A stretch of 64,000 bases of DNA from Stegostoma tigrinum (GCF_030684315.1 NC_081370.1:28089078-28153077), one strand, 5' to 3'; counted from the stretch's first letter, positions 13,400 through 27,413 are shown. Notes: generated by a model from the sequence alone, not told the origin. Translations and numbers: made by a program.

Positions 13400-14595
13400 T
13401 AGATAACAAAGTGTGAAGCTGGATGAACACAGCAGGCCAAGCAGCATCTCAGGAGCACAAAAGCTGACGTTTCGGGCCTAGACCCTTCATCAGAGAGGGG
13501 GATGGGGAGAGGGTTCTGGAAGAAATAGGGAGAGAGGGGGAGGCGGACCAAAGATGGACAGAAAAGAAGACACGTGGAGAGGAGAGTATAGGTGAGGAGG
13601 TAGGGAGGGGATAGGTCAGTCCAGGGAAGATGGACAGGTCAAGGAGGTGGGATGAGGTTAGTAAGTAGGAAATGGACGTGCGGCTTGAGGTGGGAGGAAG
13701 GGATGGGTGAGAGGAAGAACAGGTTAGGGAGGCAGAGACAGGTTGGACTGGTTTTGGGATGCAGTGGGTGGAGGGGAAGAGCTGGGCTGATTGTGTGATG
13801 CACTGGGGGGAGGGGACGAACTGGGCTGGTTTTGGGATGCAGTGGGGGAAGGGGAGATTTTGCAGCTTGTGAAGTCCACATTGATACCATTGTGCTGCAG
13901 GGTTCCCAAGCGGAATATGAGTTGCTGTTCCAGCAACCTTTGGGTGGCATCATTGTGGCACTGCAGGAGGCCTATGATGGACATGTCGTCTAAAGAATGG
14001 GAGGGGTAGTTAAAATGGTTCACTGGGAGGTGCAGTTGTTTGTTGCGAACTGAGCGGAGGTGTTCTGCAAAGCGGTCCCCAAGCCTCCACTTGGTTTCCC
14101 CAATGTAGAGGAAGCCACACCGGGTACGATGGATACAGTATACCACATTGGCAGACGTGCAGGTGATCATCTGCTTAATATGGAAAGTCATCTTGGGGCC
14201 TGGGATGGGGGTGAGGGAGGAGGTGTGCGGGCAAGTGTAGCACTTCCTGCAGTTGCAGGAGGACGTGCCGGGTGTGGTGGGGAAGTTGTCCAAGTTCTTC
14301 AAGGATTGCAACTTTCCCCCCGCAGTGGTCGAGAATGCCCTTGACCGCGTCTCCCGCATTTCCCGCAACACATCCCTCACACCCCGCCCCCGCCACAACC
14401 GCCCCAAGAGGATCCCCCTCATTCTCACACACCACCCCACCAACCTCCGGATACAATGCATCATCCTCCGACACTTCCGCCGTCTACAATCCGACCCCAC
14501 CACCCAAGGCATTTTTCCATCCCCACCCTTGTCTGCCTTCCGGAGAGACCACTCTCTCCGTGACTCCCTTGTTTGCTCCACACTCCCCTCCAACG
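13400..14595. mobile_element. PLE family A with internal inversion (minus arm 13400-14275, plus piece ~14285-14595)
   Basis: Minus: CNCRKCYTC linker, NVVYCIH..CGFLYIGET..RFAEH GIY-YIG, LLEQQLIFRLGTLQ. Plus: FFKDCNFPPAVVENALDRV..RDHSLRDSLV. Confidence 0.9.
13466..13493 (-). ncRNA. Minimal hammerhead-ribozyme-like motif
   Basis: Reverse complement CTGATGA-A-GGGTCTAGGCCC-GAAA-C-GTC. Confidence 0.65.
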
Positions 14596-17029
14596 CCCCC
14601 CACCCCCTTTACGAACTGTATACTTTGTGTTTTAAACTTTCTGTTTAAATACAGTTATCATTTGGTATGTAATAGCTGTCAGGCTTCTGAAACTGAGGTT
14701 TCAATGTTTGAACCAGTCTGATGGCACCCTCCAATGACTTCCTGCAAAGATCTTAATGTGATGGTTTGGCTGTGCCCTCCAATAACCTCTCCAGAGATCT
14801 TTGGACAGGAAGGCCTAGATGAGACAACTCATTAGGGGAAAAAGAAGTGTGAGAGGAGGAATTGGAGGAGGATGGAATACTCTCAACAGAAAGGTAAATC
14901 TGCCACAGGATAAAATGGCCTCCTCCTGCTACCTGCCCAGGAAGAGAATATCCCTCCTCTCACTCATTGTCTCCAACATTAGATCCAGGTGAGTAATGAT
15001 AAAGTAAGAGATAGCTCTGCCACAGGTGTAAATCCTCTGGCTCCTCATGACATCTTGCATCCTTCTAATGAAGTGAAAACTTTGGCACAAACATCAACCA
15101 CAGTGATAGTGTTTATAGTGTTTCTGAATGAGTTCCACACTTCATGTAAACTCCATTTCCATGCCTTAGATCTATCTAAGTAGCAAACGTTTCACCATAT
15201 CAATTGTGGATTGATCACTGTAAACATGTCAGTGTTCGTCAGATTTCCACTAGCAGAGAGTTTCTGGCTGAAAAGGGGGCCAAGGTTTTGTGTTTCCCAC
15301 GTAATGGTGGAAATTCACCTCATGGAAATAACCAAAAAAACAGAAAGTTGGACATTTTTATTAACTTCATACTGAAATTTCTATGAAATAATCCATTTCT
15401 GGAGTGGTTTCTAATTTGTAGTCAGTGCAGTGTGAACAATTGCCAGTTATGCTGTTGCATCTGTTCTGTTCTTCACACTTAAGATTTATCTCACAGCACA
15501 CAAGCAGATCAGTTAGACTATGTGCGTGATATGTCGTATCACTAAATCAATTTGAGGATGATGTTCCTTTGGCTTTTTTCCCACATTGCTCTCATTTCAA
15601 GTCACCACTTTTAATCCGGTGAAGGAAATAAATAACTCACACAAATTTTCCTTTTAAAGTACCAGAGAAACATTAAATGATAAACAAATAGTTTCATCTC
15701 AGGATTGCTTCAGGCATTTTGAAAATATGACTTCATTTTCCATTTCAGAATATCTTGAATTTAAGATAAAATATTCATTTTACTTTAAATGCAGTGAAAT
15801 CAGAAAAATACATTAAACTAAATGTTATGTTTCCATCTAACTTTCATGTGATGTAAATTTTTTTATCAGTTACATGATAGAGTTGAATTTGAAAGTAACA
15901 ATGACACAAATTTAAAATGTAATGAATAGAAAATAATGACACTTTTTTGCATGACAGTTTTGCAGGTGCTTTGTAAAAAAAAATGTATAAATCGGACACA
16001 TGGTGGAAATAAATTGGTTCCATTCTCTCTCTTTATCAGAAAACAGCACTGTAAATGATCTAGTTTGAGTAGGTGCTTGTTAGAGGATCTGCTCTCTCAT
16101 CTCTCTAGAAGTGATAATGGCAACAAAATGTTCTGTTCCTTGAAGGAGCATATAATGAGATCTATTTTAAAGATTTAAAAAGTGAACATTTTTCCAGTCC
16201 ACACTTCAACTTCCTAGCCATCCATCGGAGTCACTGCACTTGGAAAACATTTCTACTGACACAGCATGCCATCCAATGGCTTAGTGGGGAACTACCGAAA
16301 TACAAAATTGGGAAACTAAATGGAATTTATTTTCAAAAGGAATAAGGATAGTTATAAACTAATTTGGACGCAGTACAAGAACATAAAGTCTGAAAAGTCA
16401 TTCCTTTGATACCACACAATCTGAATCACAAAATCTAACTATTTTGAAGAGTGATATATATACTCCCTCTTGCTCTGCTTGAAAGATTACTACAAAGTAA
16501 AATTCCTAAAATATAGATTGTATCACGGATCAGAGGTAGCACCTTTAAATTACCTCCCCAAGACAAATTCACTTTCTGAATTAATCTAATGGTGAAACAA
16601 AATTTAGTAATACAAAATGCCAACTCTTATTAACATGCGTCTCTTCTAAGACATGGTCTCTCATCAGCTTGAAGCTAAGCCGGCAGCGTGGCAATGGCTT
16701 TGGATTTTTAATAAATTCTTCTGACCAGTCTTCTTTGTTGTCCACTCCTCTTTTTACTACTTTTGCCCCTTCCCTTCTTCCATTACATTGTTCTTCTGTG
16801 ACTCTTTTTGTCAGAGTTGATGTCATTAATTCAAAAGTGTACTTTCCATCTCTTCATATTCCAAGTCCATTCATTTTCCTCCTCTTACTCCATTCCTTTA
16901 CATATACCCATTCTTCATCTTACATGTTGGTTGCATTCAATTTCTGAGTAAGCTTTGGTATAACTCTTTCAATTCAGGATTTATCTGTTGCATTTCAATT
17001 AAAGAATTTGGGCTAAGTATGTTGGCCTC

Positions 17030-20000
17030 TGAGTGGTTGCAGAATATTCTGAAGGGGGAAAGCAAACAGTCAGAGGTCATTGTGCATATCGGTACAAATG
17101 ACACAGGTAGACAAAGGAATGGGGTCCTGTAAAATTAGCATAAGGAGTTAGGTAAGAAGTTAAAAAGCAGGACCTCGAGGGTAGTGATCTCTGGATTACT
17201 CCCAATGCTACAGTCCAGTGAGGACAGAAATAGGAAGATAGGCCAGATGAATGTGTGGCTGAGGTGCTGGCTGAGGGGCAGGGTTTTCAGTTCTTGGATC
17301 ATAGGGATCTCTTCTGGGGTAGAGGCGGCCTGTACAAGAGGGATGGGTTGCACCTGAACCAGAGGGGGTCCAATATCTTTGGGGGGAGTTTTGCTTGTGT
17401 TACCTGGCATAGCAGTTATTCAACAGAAGGTTCACTGGATGGATTTCAGGTATGGAGGAATTTTGTTCTGAGGGTTTAAACTAGTTTGGCAGGGTGTGGG
17501 ACTATGAATATGAGTGGGGCCATCGAGGAATCAGGGAAAATACATTATCTATTGACAGCAAGTTTACTATTCAGGTCAGCTGGGGCATTGTAAAGGGAAG
17601 GAAAAGACTTTGGATTTAAACTGCATTTATTTCAATGCACGAGGCCTGACTGGTAAGGCAGATGAGCTCAGAGAGTGGATCAGCTCTGGGGACTGGGATA
17701 TTGTAGCCATAACGGAAACATGGATGAGAGAAGGGCAATACTGGCAGCTCAATGTTCCAAGATATGAAGCTATAGGCGTGACAGAAGTACAAGAGGAGGG
17801 GGAGTTGCCCTTTCGATAAGGGAGGACACAACAACAGTGCTTAGAGAGGATATACTTAAAGGGTATTCAAATTATGCCATATGGTTAGAACTTAGAAACA
17901 AGAAGGGGATGGTCATTGTGTTAGGATTGTATTATAGGCCCCATGAATAGCCAATGGAAAGCAGAGGAGCAGATGTGTACAGAGATTGCAGATACTTGTA
18001 GGAATAATGGAGCAATATTGGTCGGAGACTTTAATTTCACTTGCATTGTCAGGACTACCCGGAGTGTAAAAGGTCCAGACGGGGTGGAATTTTTCAAATG
18101 GGTCCAAGAAAGTTTCCTAAATCATTATGTAGAGGGCACGACTTGGGAAGGTGCAACAATGGACCTCCTCTTAGGGCAACTGACTGAAATATCAGTTGGT
18201 GAGGACTTTGGGTCCTGTGACCATAACTTTCTTAACATAGTTATGGAAAAACTATGGAAAAAGATAAGGCGCTAAACTGGAGTGGGCCGATTTTGGGACC
18301 ATTAGGCAGGATCTAGCAGAGTCGATTGGGTGAGTCTGTTTCAAGGAATAGGAACAATTGGCAAATGGTAGGCTTTAAAAAGCATGATAACAAGAGTCCA
18401 GGGACAGTATTCCCTCTTAGGGTGAAGGGAAAAGCTGGCGGGTTTAGGGATCCCTGCCTGACAAGGGATATTGAGGCTCAAGTGAATCCTTAGATGACTA
18501 TAAGAAGTGTGGGAGCACACTTAAGAGGGATATCAGAAGAGAAAAAAACGGGTATGAGATGGATTTGGCAGATAAGGTTAGAGATAATCCCAAGAGGTTC
18601 TATAGCTATTTAAGAGTAAGAGGGTTGCTAGGGAGAGAATAGGTCCCCTTAAAGATCAGCTTGGCCATCTATGTGTGGAACCACAGGAGATGGGGGAGAT
18701 TTTTAATGAATATTTCTCTTCAGTGTTTACTGAGGAGAGAATCATAGATGCTAAGGAAATAAGGGAAACAAGTGGGGACGTTTTGGAACACATGTATATT
18801 ACCAAAGAGGTGGTGTTTGCAGCCTTAAAGTGCATTAAAGTGGATAAATCCCCTGGGTCTGATCAAGACGATCCTCAGATTTTGGAGGCTAGGAAAGAAA
18901 TTGTAGAGGCCCTTGCAGAAATTTTTCCTTCATCTTTAGCCACTGGTGAAGTTCCAGAAGACTGGAGGTTGGCTAATGTTGTTCCATTGTTGAAGAAAGG
19001 TAGCAAAGACAAGCCAGTGAACAACAGGCCAGTGAGCCTGACATCAGCGATAGGCAAGTTAGTGGAGAGGGTACTGAGGGACAGGACTAATGAACAGTTG
19101 GACAGTCAAGGTCTGATAAGCGATGGTCAGCATGGAACTGTGCATGGGAGGTCATGGCTAAAAAATCTTTTAGAGTTTTTTGAAGAGGTAACCAAAAGGA
19201 TAAATGAGGGTAGGGCAGTGGATGTTGTCTGTATGGATTTTAGTAAAGCCTTTGACAAGGTCCTGCATGGCAGGCTAGTCATGAAGGTTGGGTCACATGT
19301 GATTCAGGGAGAGATTAGCTAATTGTATTCAAAATTGACTTGATGGTAAAAAGGGTGATGGATGAAAGTTTTTTCTCGGACTGGAGGCCTGTGACTGGTA
19401 ATGTGTGCCACAGGGCACAGTGCTGAGACCTTTGTTACTTACAAAAATGATCTGGATGTGAATGTACAAGGCATGATTAGTAAATTTGCGGATGGTACAA
19501 ATTTAGGAGGCATTGTTGATAGTGAGAAGGGTTGTCAAAAATTACAGAGGGATCTTGATTAGATGGGGAAGTGGGCTGAGGATTAGCAAATGCAATTCAA
19601 TACAGATAAGTGTGAGGTGTTGCACTTTGGAATATCAAACCAAGGCATGATTTATACAGTAAATGGTAAGGTCCTGACGAGTGTCGTGGAACAGAGGGAC
19701 CTAGGAGTACAAGTACATATTTTGTTGAAAGCGGCGTCACAGATAAACAGGAAAGTGATGAAGGCATTTAGCATGCTGGCCTTCATCAGTTGAGACATTG
19801 AGTATAGGAGTTGGGATGTTATTGTTACAGTTGCATTAGTCATTGGTGAAGCCGCACTTGGAGTATTGTGTGCAGTTTTGGTCACCCCAGGAAAGACACA
19901 GTTAAACTGGAAATTATGCAAAGGAGATTTATGAAGATGTTGCCAGGACTAGTAGGTCTGAGTTATAGAGAAAGGGTGGCCAGGACAGGACTTTATTCTT

Positions 20001-20360
20001 TGGAACATAGAAGAATGAAGGCACAGATAGGATGAATGCAAATAGTTTTTTTTATCCCCAGGGATGGGGAATTGCAAACTAGAGGGCATAGGTTTAAGGT
20101 GAGTAAAGATAGATTTAAGAAGGACCTGAGGGGCAACTTCTTCATGCAGAGAGTGGTGCATTTGGTGCCAGACAAAGTGGTTGAGGAAGGTACAATAGTA
20201 ACTTTTATAAATATTTGGATAGGTACATGGATGGGAAGGGTTGAGAAGGATATCAATCAAATGCAGGCAATTGAAACAATTGAGTGTACACCAATATCGG
20301 CATGGACCAATTTGAGCCAAAGGGCCTATTTCCATGCTGTATTACCCTATGATTCTAAGA
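17030..20360 (+). mobile_element. Near full-length CR1 (HER1-like) LINE: ORF1 esterase part plus ORF2 APE-RT, multiply disrupted
   Basis: ORF1 SGNH motifs VIVHIGTND and LYKRDGLHLN; APE CIYFNARGL..DIVAITETW, VGDFN; RT EDWRLANVVPL, DFSKAFDKV, KFAD, FNTDKCEVLHFG; 3' tail GGGCCTATTTCCATGCTGT..CTATGATTCTAAGAT. Confidence 0.95.
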
Positions 20361-20364
20361 TCCT

Positions 20365-22515
20365 ACGGTAGCTTTACTCAATGCAAGCTTCCTGAATTTG
20401 TGCAAGAGCTACGAGCTGCTGATATATTTGATAGGGTTTGTCCTCATGGCTCAATGCACCCATATGTCTATGGGCTGTGCAAGACAAAAAAGTGGTGCTG
20501 TCAAGTCTCACTGGGGTAACATGCTGGAAATCAATAAAGCCCTACTATTCTTGGTGTCATCATAAAAATTAAATATTTTGAAAAGTACCAAAGATGCCTC
20601 AATTTACCTGGTTTTTAGACCAAGGTTGACAGAAATCATAGAGCGGGTTTCTGAACTTAACAAAAATTACTATTTATTATAAGCAATTAGAATCATGCTA
20701 TAGGAAAATGGCTATGAACGATCAGCATTAAAGTTTACAAACTGAAACTATATTCCCTTACACACAAAAATTGGCAGATAGATAGATAGGGGGAAAGAGT
20801 GGGTTATGGATGAAGGTATTACTGGGTTTCATGGTCCCTGTTCACAGGATCTGTTGAGATGTGTCATACATTTCTTGAGCTGGTCAGACCACTGCTTCTT
20901 AGTTGTCTTTTGTTGGATGTTTTCACTGGTTTGCAAGAGGTACAAGATGACTGTTTCACTTATAAAAGGTTTCTGGTTTGTTAATTAAACATCACAGCTT
21001 ACACCAACTGCTGAAGGAAACATAAACTGGAATGAAAACAAATTTCTGGAGAAATTCAGCAGGGCTAGCAGCATCATTGGAAAGAAAGCAGAGTTAGTGT
21101 TAAATCTGGTGACTCTTCTTCAGAACCAGATTCAAAATGTTAACTCTGTTTTCTTTCCACAGATGCTGCCAGAACTGCTGAGTTTCTCCAGCAATTTCTG
21201 TTCTTGTTTCAGATCTCCAGTATCAGTAGTTCTGTTTTATTATGAAAGATAAACTGTTTTCCTTCAGGTTTAAATTGGCTTAATACACAGAACAGAGAGA
21301 GAGAGGTCTTGGCTGGTAGAGACCCTGGTGGCTTCTTTGTATCTTAATCCCAGACCCAAGCTGTTCAGTTACCTGAAAACCAAACACATGGCTGTTGGCA
21401 GGCAGAAGGGTTTTGTCATTGATAACTGGTCACTAGTCCAAAACCAACCAAAGTTCTAATTTTACAGAACACCTTGGCTCTAGTTAATCAGCAAACAATG
21501 CTACAGCCCCAGCTGTACGTAGTTCACACTGAGTATCACATTACTCACTTTCAATCCTTGGTTTTTAAAGCAGTTCATTTTTTATTTCAATCCACAATTA
21601 GGAAAATACAAGAAAAATCATGGTATGACTCTATGACTCTATGTTCCCTCACATCCTATCTTATCTACAACTAGGTCTGCACAATATGAACTAGCCAAAT
21701 GATTGAATGAATTGCTTTAACCAGTTTTCACAAGCTCATTGAAGGATTCCTTTTCATTTGCATAGACTATACAGAATTTGCATATGTATAGAAATACAGT
21801 GTACATGTGCTTATTTAAGATTACTAACCATTCAAAAGTGTACTTCTCAAGGAAGCCACAGATTTTTGTAATGGAGCACTATGTCAAGGCAATTTAGAAC
21901 GATCAGAATTGTGTGAATCAGTATTCAATGATCTCAAGAACTCAGCAACCAGTAATTAAGTTCAGTTTTAACATCACATTGGGCAAAATAAATAATATTG
22001 CTATGGGATGCCCTCTAGGCTGAGTTCTTGCAAACATCTTTGTTGGATTCCATCAGAAATGTGCCTTCAATACACTGATACTCAACTTCCTATCCTTGCA
22101 TATTTACAAGGCATAGATTTACTTTAACTGAAGTTATAAATAGATGCAAGAATTTTCTTTCATGTATTAACAGGCTCCATCGCACAATCAATCAAACTAG
22201 CTCCCTTTCCTTGATGTCCCAGCAGAGAAATCAGCCAGGGGCTCTTGAGCTTTGCATACCACAAGCCTACTTTTATTGGGCAATAAATGCGTTGGAATTC
22301 CTACAGTTCCACATACTACATTATCAGAACCTTCAACTAGGGCCTAAGCCACTTGTTCATCATGCAAGCTTAATGCTGAAATAGGATGCATCAAAGACAT
22401 CTTGCAGGATGATGCCTATTCTGATCAGATAATTTTTTGTTATACATCCTGTAAACTCACAAATGGTCTAACACTGTCACTTTTGGTCCTAGCATGTGTC
22501 CAATCTATCTCCATT
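20365..22515 (+). mobile_element. Old degenerate PLE reverse transcriptase, interrupted by ~20510-21630
   Basis: IFDRVCPHGS.HPYVYGLCKT (P..YGLPK motif) at ~20420-20485; IAMGCPLG*VLANIFVGFH (AMGSPLGP.LAN motif) at ~21995-22055; LPFLDV at ~22201. Confidence 0.65.
21035..21238. repeat. Short fold-back element from PLE family C terminal sequence
   Basis: TGGAGAAATTCAGCAGG..GCAGCATC..GAAAGCAGAGTTA mirrored by TAACTCTG..AGATGCTGCCAGAACTGCTGAGTTTCTCCAGC; same text at 12520-12610, 22520-22625 and 63345-63470. Confidence 0.7.
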
Positions 22516-24139
22516 TTAGATTAGAAACAGAAACAGAAATTACTGGAAAAACTCAGCAGATCTGGCAGCATCTGTGGACAGAAAGCAGAGTTAACATTTT
22601 GAAACTAGTGACCCTTGTTCAGACTCTTTCTAGATTTCATGAAAACCAGTTACTCATAATTGTATAAATAGAGTAACATTTCAGATTCTGTTATATGTCT
22701 CAACCTCCAGATCCAGACCTTATCCATAGATTTTAGCAGAGCATATATAGAACATTACAGCACAGTACAGGCCCTTCGGCCCTCAATGTTTTTAGTTTGG
22801 CTTTGATATTGTGCAAACTGTCCCATATACAGTTTTCCTTGACTTCCATGGACAGGCCTTACCCATAGTTTTTAATACAGACATATATTTTCAATTTGGC
22901 TTGAATACTATGCATAGATAATGTCCTGTTTATGGAAAGCTAAGTATCTATTTCTGTCTTATATTGGGTTTGAAATGCTCCTTCTGTTGTTTTCTTTTGT
23001 TTGAGTGGACTTATCCTTTCCCTACCTACCCTCTTTCTTCTTATGTGCAAATAAAATGCCTTGGAATTTTCCTTAATCCTGTTTGCCAAGAATATTTCTT
23101 AGCCCCTTATAGCCCTCCTAATCCCTTGCTTATGTTAATGTAGCATTTTTGTTTGATACTTAGAGGCTCAAAGTTGTGATATATGGATTATTAATCTTTA
23201 ACTGAACCAAGTGATTCAATACTTCGGACTTGCGCTCAAAAGAAAATACCTTGAGATGGGTTAAGATACAGTATTGTGAAATGGCTGCAGAAGCCACTTG
23301 ACCTACAAGAGTGGCCCAGTTTCAAAATACTTCTGAAATGGATTACCATGAAGCACAAGTGGCCAGTTCTCCTGCAGAATTTCACATGTCATTCAACAAC
23401 TGACATCTTGTCTGCAGAAACTACCAGACATACAAGGAAAACTACCAAATCCATCAGAATGCAAAAAAGGTCGCTAAAGACTCCCTTGTCAGTTTCATTG
23501 ATAGTTTTGAAAATGGATTGTTCATACAGACTGTCCCCATTGTATGCCAATAGTCAGCTATCACAAATGTGCCCTTGTAAAAAGCTATGATCATAAACTT
23601 GTCTGCTTGCTACAGAGAGCAATAAAATCAAAAAGGTCTGAAATATGGAATCGGAATAGCAGCTGTCCACATTCAGGCACCACGTTTTTTGCAAGATGGA
23701 TCAAAGAGAAAGAAGAATTAAATACCAAAGGAACTTCAACCATTATAGCAATAGTTCTGGAAAATGATGTTACTAGTTTAAAAGAGATGATCTTTGGAAC
23801 AACTGCAATTGGGCCATTACATTATTCCAAGCAGCGTCAGAACTTCAAGATTGCCAAATGAACCTCAAAGTGTGTTGTAGGATCTGTTTCACCCTTTTTA
23901 TAAGTTTATACTTTACTTGAATGAATTTACAATAAAACTAACTCTTTATTTTCATCAACTCAACATCTGTCTGCCTTATTTCTTCATATAACTTTGCATG
24001 TGGCCAAAGACATAATGAATTGAAGAAAGTCATATTTTTGAAATTCAAACTCATTAGTAGCCAAACTTAAGAGTGTTCGAGAGGAATTTATTCAATCTTC
24101 CAGACTTGGTTGTAACATTAGTTGAGGTAATATCTGCCA

Positions 24140-25650
24140 CAAATGTACTATGGCTCAGCACATGCTAGCAATGATACTGTGGAGAAGGATTTTCTGGAGT
24201 TCATGTGCGACAGGTTTTTAGACCAATACTTTGTAGAACCAAACACAGCACAGGCCATTCTAGAATGGGTATGGAGTAACAAGAAAGGATTAATTTTTAC
24301 AATCATTTTGTGTGGGATCTCTTCGGAAAGACTGATTGCAACATGACAGAATTCCTCATTAAGATGGATAGTGAATAGTTGAATCCAAAACAAGGGGCCT
24401 GAATCTAAGTAAAAATAACTACGAGGATGTGAGGTGCGATTCAGCAAGGACGGACTGGAAAATTTTATGAAAAGGGTTAGAATTAGAATCAGCTTTATTG
24501 TCACGTGCACTCAAACGAATGCAGTGAAAAGTTTGCAATGTCACCACGTATGCCGGCGCCATCATAGATACAGGATACCTAGGTATAGATACTTAAGTAT
24601 TTGTTACAGAATTGAAAGAATAATAAGTAAAATCTAGCTCAGGAATACAAAGGTTTTAAAAAGTACTCAAATTACTTGAAGTCCAGCATAAGAATAAAAA
24701 GCTTTTTTTTAAAAAGTACTCAAATTATAGTACTTTTCATCAAGTCCGTGCCAGCACCTAGCATCCCGACCATGCCAGCCTTCAAAACTCAAAGCCTCGC
24801 TGACAGTCCACAAGGGACTTCCCTCCCTGCGACAGCTTCCAGGCTGTGACCCATCTCCTCGTGATGGCCTCCAGTTTGGGACTCACCTCCTCATGGTGGC
24901 CTCTGCTTTGGGAGTCACCCCATTTGATGAAGGATAGACAATGGATAATATTTGAAAGATTTAATTACAACTATTTTACATTCCTGTCTGGTGCAAAAAT
25001 AAAACAAAAACGGTGGCTCAACTATGGCTTACAAAAGAAATTAGGGATAATATTAGATCCAAAGAGGAAATAGACAAACTTGCAGAAAGCCTGAGAATTG
25101 GGAGCAGTTTCTTACAGTTAGAATGGGGAACTAAGAATTGTCAAAAGAAAATGAATACATACACTGCTCCTGTCTTCATCAAACAGGGCTCAGGTAACCA
25201 CCTGGAAATGTTCGGGAACTAAGGGGCTAGTGAGAGAGTGGTACTAATTAAAGAAAATCAGTATGAGTAAGACAACAATATTAGGGAAATTAATTGAAAC
25301 AAAGGCTAACAAATCACGAGGTCTGATGATCGACATCCCAAAATACTAAAGGAAGTAGCCCTGAATCTGTTTACAATATATATTACTACCTTGGAAATAA
25401 GCAAATGTACAGTAGCTAAATTTGCAGATGGTACAAAAACTGGTGTAAAGGCAAGTTGAGAGAGGGGAACATAACAGCTTCCAGAAAGTTATTGATACGT
25501 TAAGTATGCAAAATGTTTGCAAATGGAGTATAATGTGGGAAAAATGTGAAGTTGTTCATTTTGGAGGGGAGAACTAAAGAACAGAGTATTATCTAAATAG
25601 AGAAAAACTACAGAAAACTGCAACACAGAGACTTGGGGTACTTGTGCAAT
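24140..25650 (+). mobile_element. Fragmented CR1 ORF2 pieces with an unrelated insert at ~24478-24925
   Basis: FLEFMCDRFLDQYFVEP..AILEWV (APE region), WLTKEIRDNI, AKFAD, NVGKCEVVHFG-like segments. Confidence 0.7.
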
Positions 25651-25682
25651 AAGGCCAGACGGCCTAATCTTGTTCCTATGAG

Positions 25683-27413
25683 TGATAATGGGAACTGCAG
25701 ATGCTGGAGAATCCAAGATAACAAAGTGTGGAGCTGGATATACACAGCAGGCTAAGTAGCATCTCAGGAGCTCAAAAGCTGACGTTTCAGGCCTAGACAC
25801 TTCATCAGAGAGGGGGATGGGGAGAGGGAACTGGAATAAATAGGGAGAGAGGGTGAGGCGGACCAAAGACGGAGAGAAAAGAAGATAGGTGGAGAGAGTA
25901 TAGGTGGGGAGGTAGGGAGGGGATAGGTCAGTCCAGGGAAGATGGACAGGTCAAGGAGGTGGGATGAGGTGGAAGGTAGGAAATGGAGGTGCGGCTTGAG
26001 GTGGGAGGAAGGGATGGGTGAGAGGAAGAACAGGTTAGGGAAGGAGAGACAGGCTGGGCTGGTTTGGGATGCAGTGGGGGAAGGGGAGATTTTGAAGCTT
26101 GTGAAGTCCACATTGATACCATTGGGCTGCAGGGTTCCCAAGCGGAATATGAGTTGCTGTTCTTGCAACCTTTGTGTGGCATCATTGTGGCACTGCAGGA
26201 GGCCCATGATGGACATGTCGTCTGAGGAATGGGAGGGGGAGCTGAAATAGCTCGCGACTGAGAGGTGCAGCTGTTTGTTGCGAACCGAGTGGACGTGTTC
26301 TGTAAAGCGGCCCCCAAGAATACTAGAATACACTTCCTCCCACCCACCCTCCTGCAAAAATTCCATCCCCTATCCCCAATTCCTCCGCCTCCACCCCAAT
26401 TGCTCCCAGGATGAGGCATTCCACTCCCGCACATCCCAGATGTCCACGTTCTTCAAGGACCGCTACTTTCCCCCTGCAGTGGTCGAGAACGCCCTTGACC
26501 GCGTCTCCTGCATTTCCCACAACACATCCCTCACACCCCGCTCCCGCCACAACCGCCCCCAGAGGATCCCCTTCGTTCTCACATACCACCCCACCAACCT
26601 CCAGACACAATGTATCATCCTCCGACACTTCCGCCATCTACAATCTGACTCCAACACCCGAGCTATTTTTCCATCCCCAACCTTGTCTGCCTTCTGGAGA
26701 GACCACTCTCTCTGCGACACCCAGATGTTCACCTGCACATCTGCCAATGTGGTATATTGTATCCATTGTATCCGGTGTGGCTTCCTCTACATTGGGGAAA
26801 CCAAGCGGAGGCTTGGGGACCGCTTTGCAGAACACCTCCGCTCGGTTCGTAACAAACAGCTGCACCTCCCAGTCGTGAGCCATTTCAGCTCCCCCTCCCA
26901 TTCCTCAGACGACATGTCCATCATGGGCCTCCTGCAGTGCCACAATGATGCCACACAAAGGTTGCTGGAACAGCAACTCATATTCCGCTTGGGAACCCTG
27001 CAGCCCGTTGGTATCAATGTGGACTTCACAAGCTTCAAAATCTCCCCTCCCCCCACTGCATCCCAAACCAGCCCAGCCTGTCTCTGCTTCCCTAACCTGT
27101 TCTTCCTCTCATCCATCCCTTCCTCCCACCTCAAGCCGCACCTCCATTTCCTACCTTCCACCTCATCCTGCCTCATTGACCTGTCCATCTTCCCTGGACT
27201 GACCTATCCCCTCCCTACCTCCTCACCTATACTCTCCTCTCCACCTATCTTGTTTTCTCTCCATCTTCGGTCCGCCTCCCCCCTCTCCCTATTTATTCCA
27301 GTTCCCTCTCCCCATCCCCCTCTCTGAAGGGTCTCGGCCCGAAACGTCAGCTTTTGTGCTCCTGAGATGCTGCTTGGCCTGCTGTGTTCATCCAGCTACA
27401 CACTTTGTAATCT
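25683..27413. mobile_element. PLE family A inverted insertion (minus arm 25683-26318, plus arm 26319-27413 with internal deletion)
   Basis: ORF 26275..27327 contains LEYTSSHP..NVVYCIHCIRCGFLYIGETKRRLGDRFAEH..LLEQQLIFRLGTLQP; arms are highly similar inverted copies; flanks TAATCTTGTTC at 25665-25675 and 27408-27418. Confidence 0.93.

Noticed and set aside
13724-14593. 289 aa minus-strand ORF with GIY-YIG motif
   Set aside because: The N-terminal third is antisense PLE sequence fused at an inversion junction.
16581-16826. Purine-rich minus-strand ORF (81 aa)
   Set aside because: No recognisable homology or convincing splice sites; in-frame stop just upstream.
23276-24117. Two ~105 aa ORFs followed by an LTR-like end (..TTGTAACA)
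   Set aside because: Possibly an LTR-element relic, but no gag/pol/env motif or second LTR could be recognised.
24655-24727. 21 bp direct repeat TTTTAAAAAGTACTCAAATTA with a ~30 bp spacer (superficially CRISPR-like)
   Set aside because: Only two units, inside a vertebrate repeat, with no cas genes; a local duplication.
26275-27327. 350 aa ORF, the longest in the window
   Set aside because: Chimeric read-through across the inversion junction and an internal deletion of a PLE into its 3' UTR; not a host gene or intact PLE ORF.
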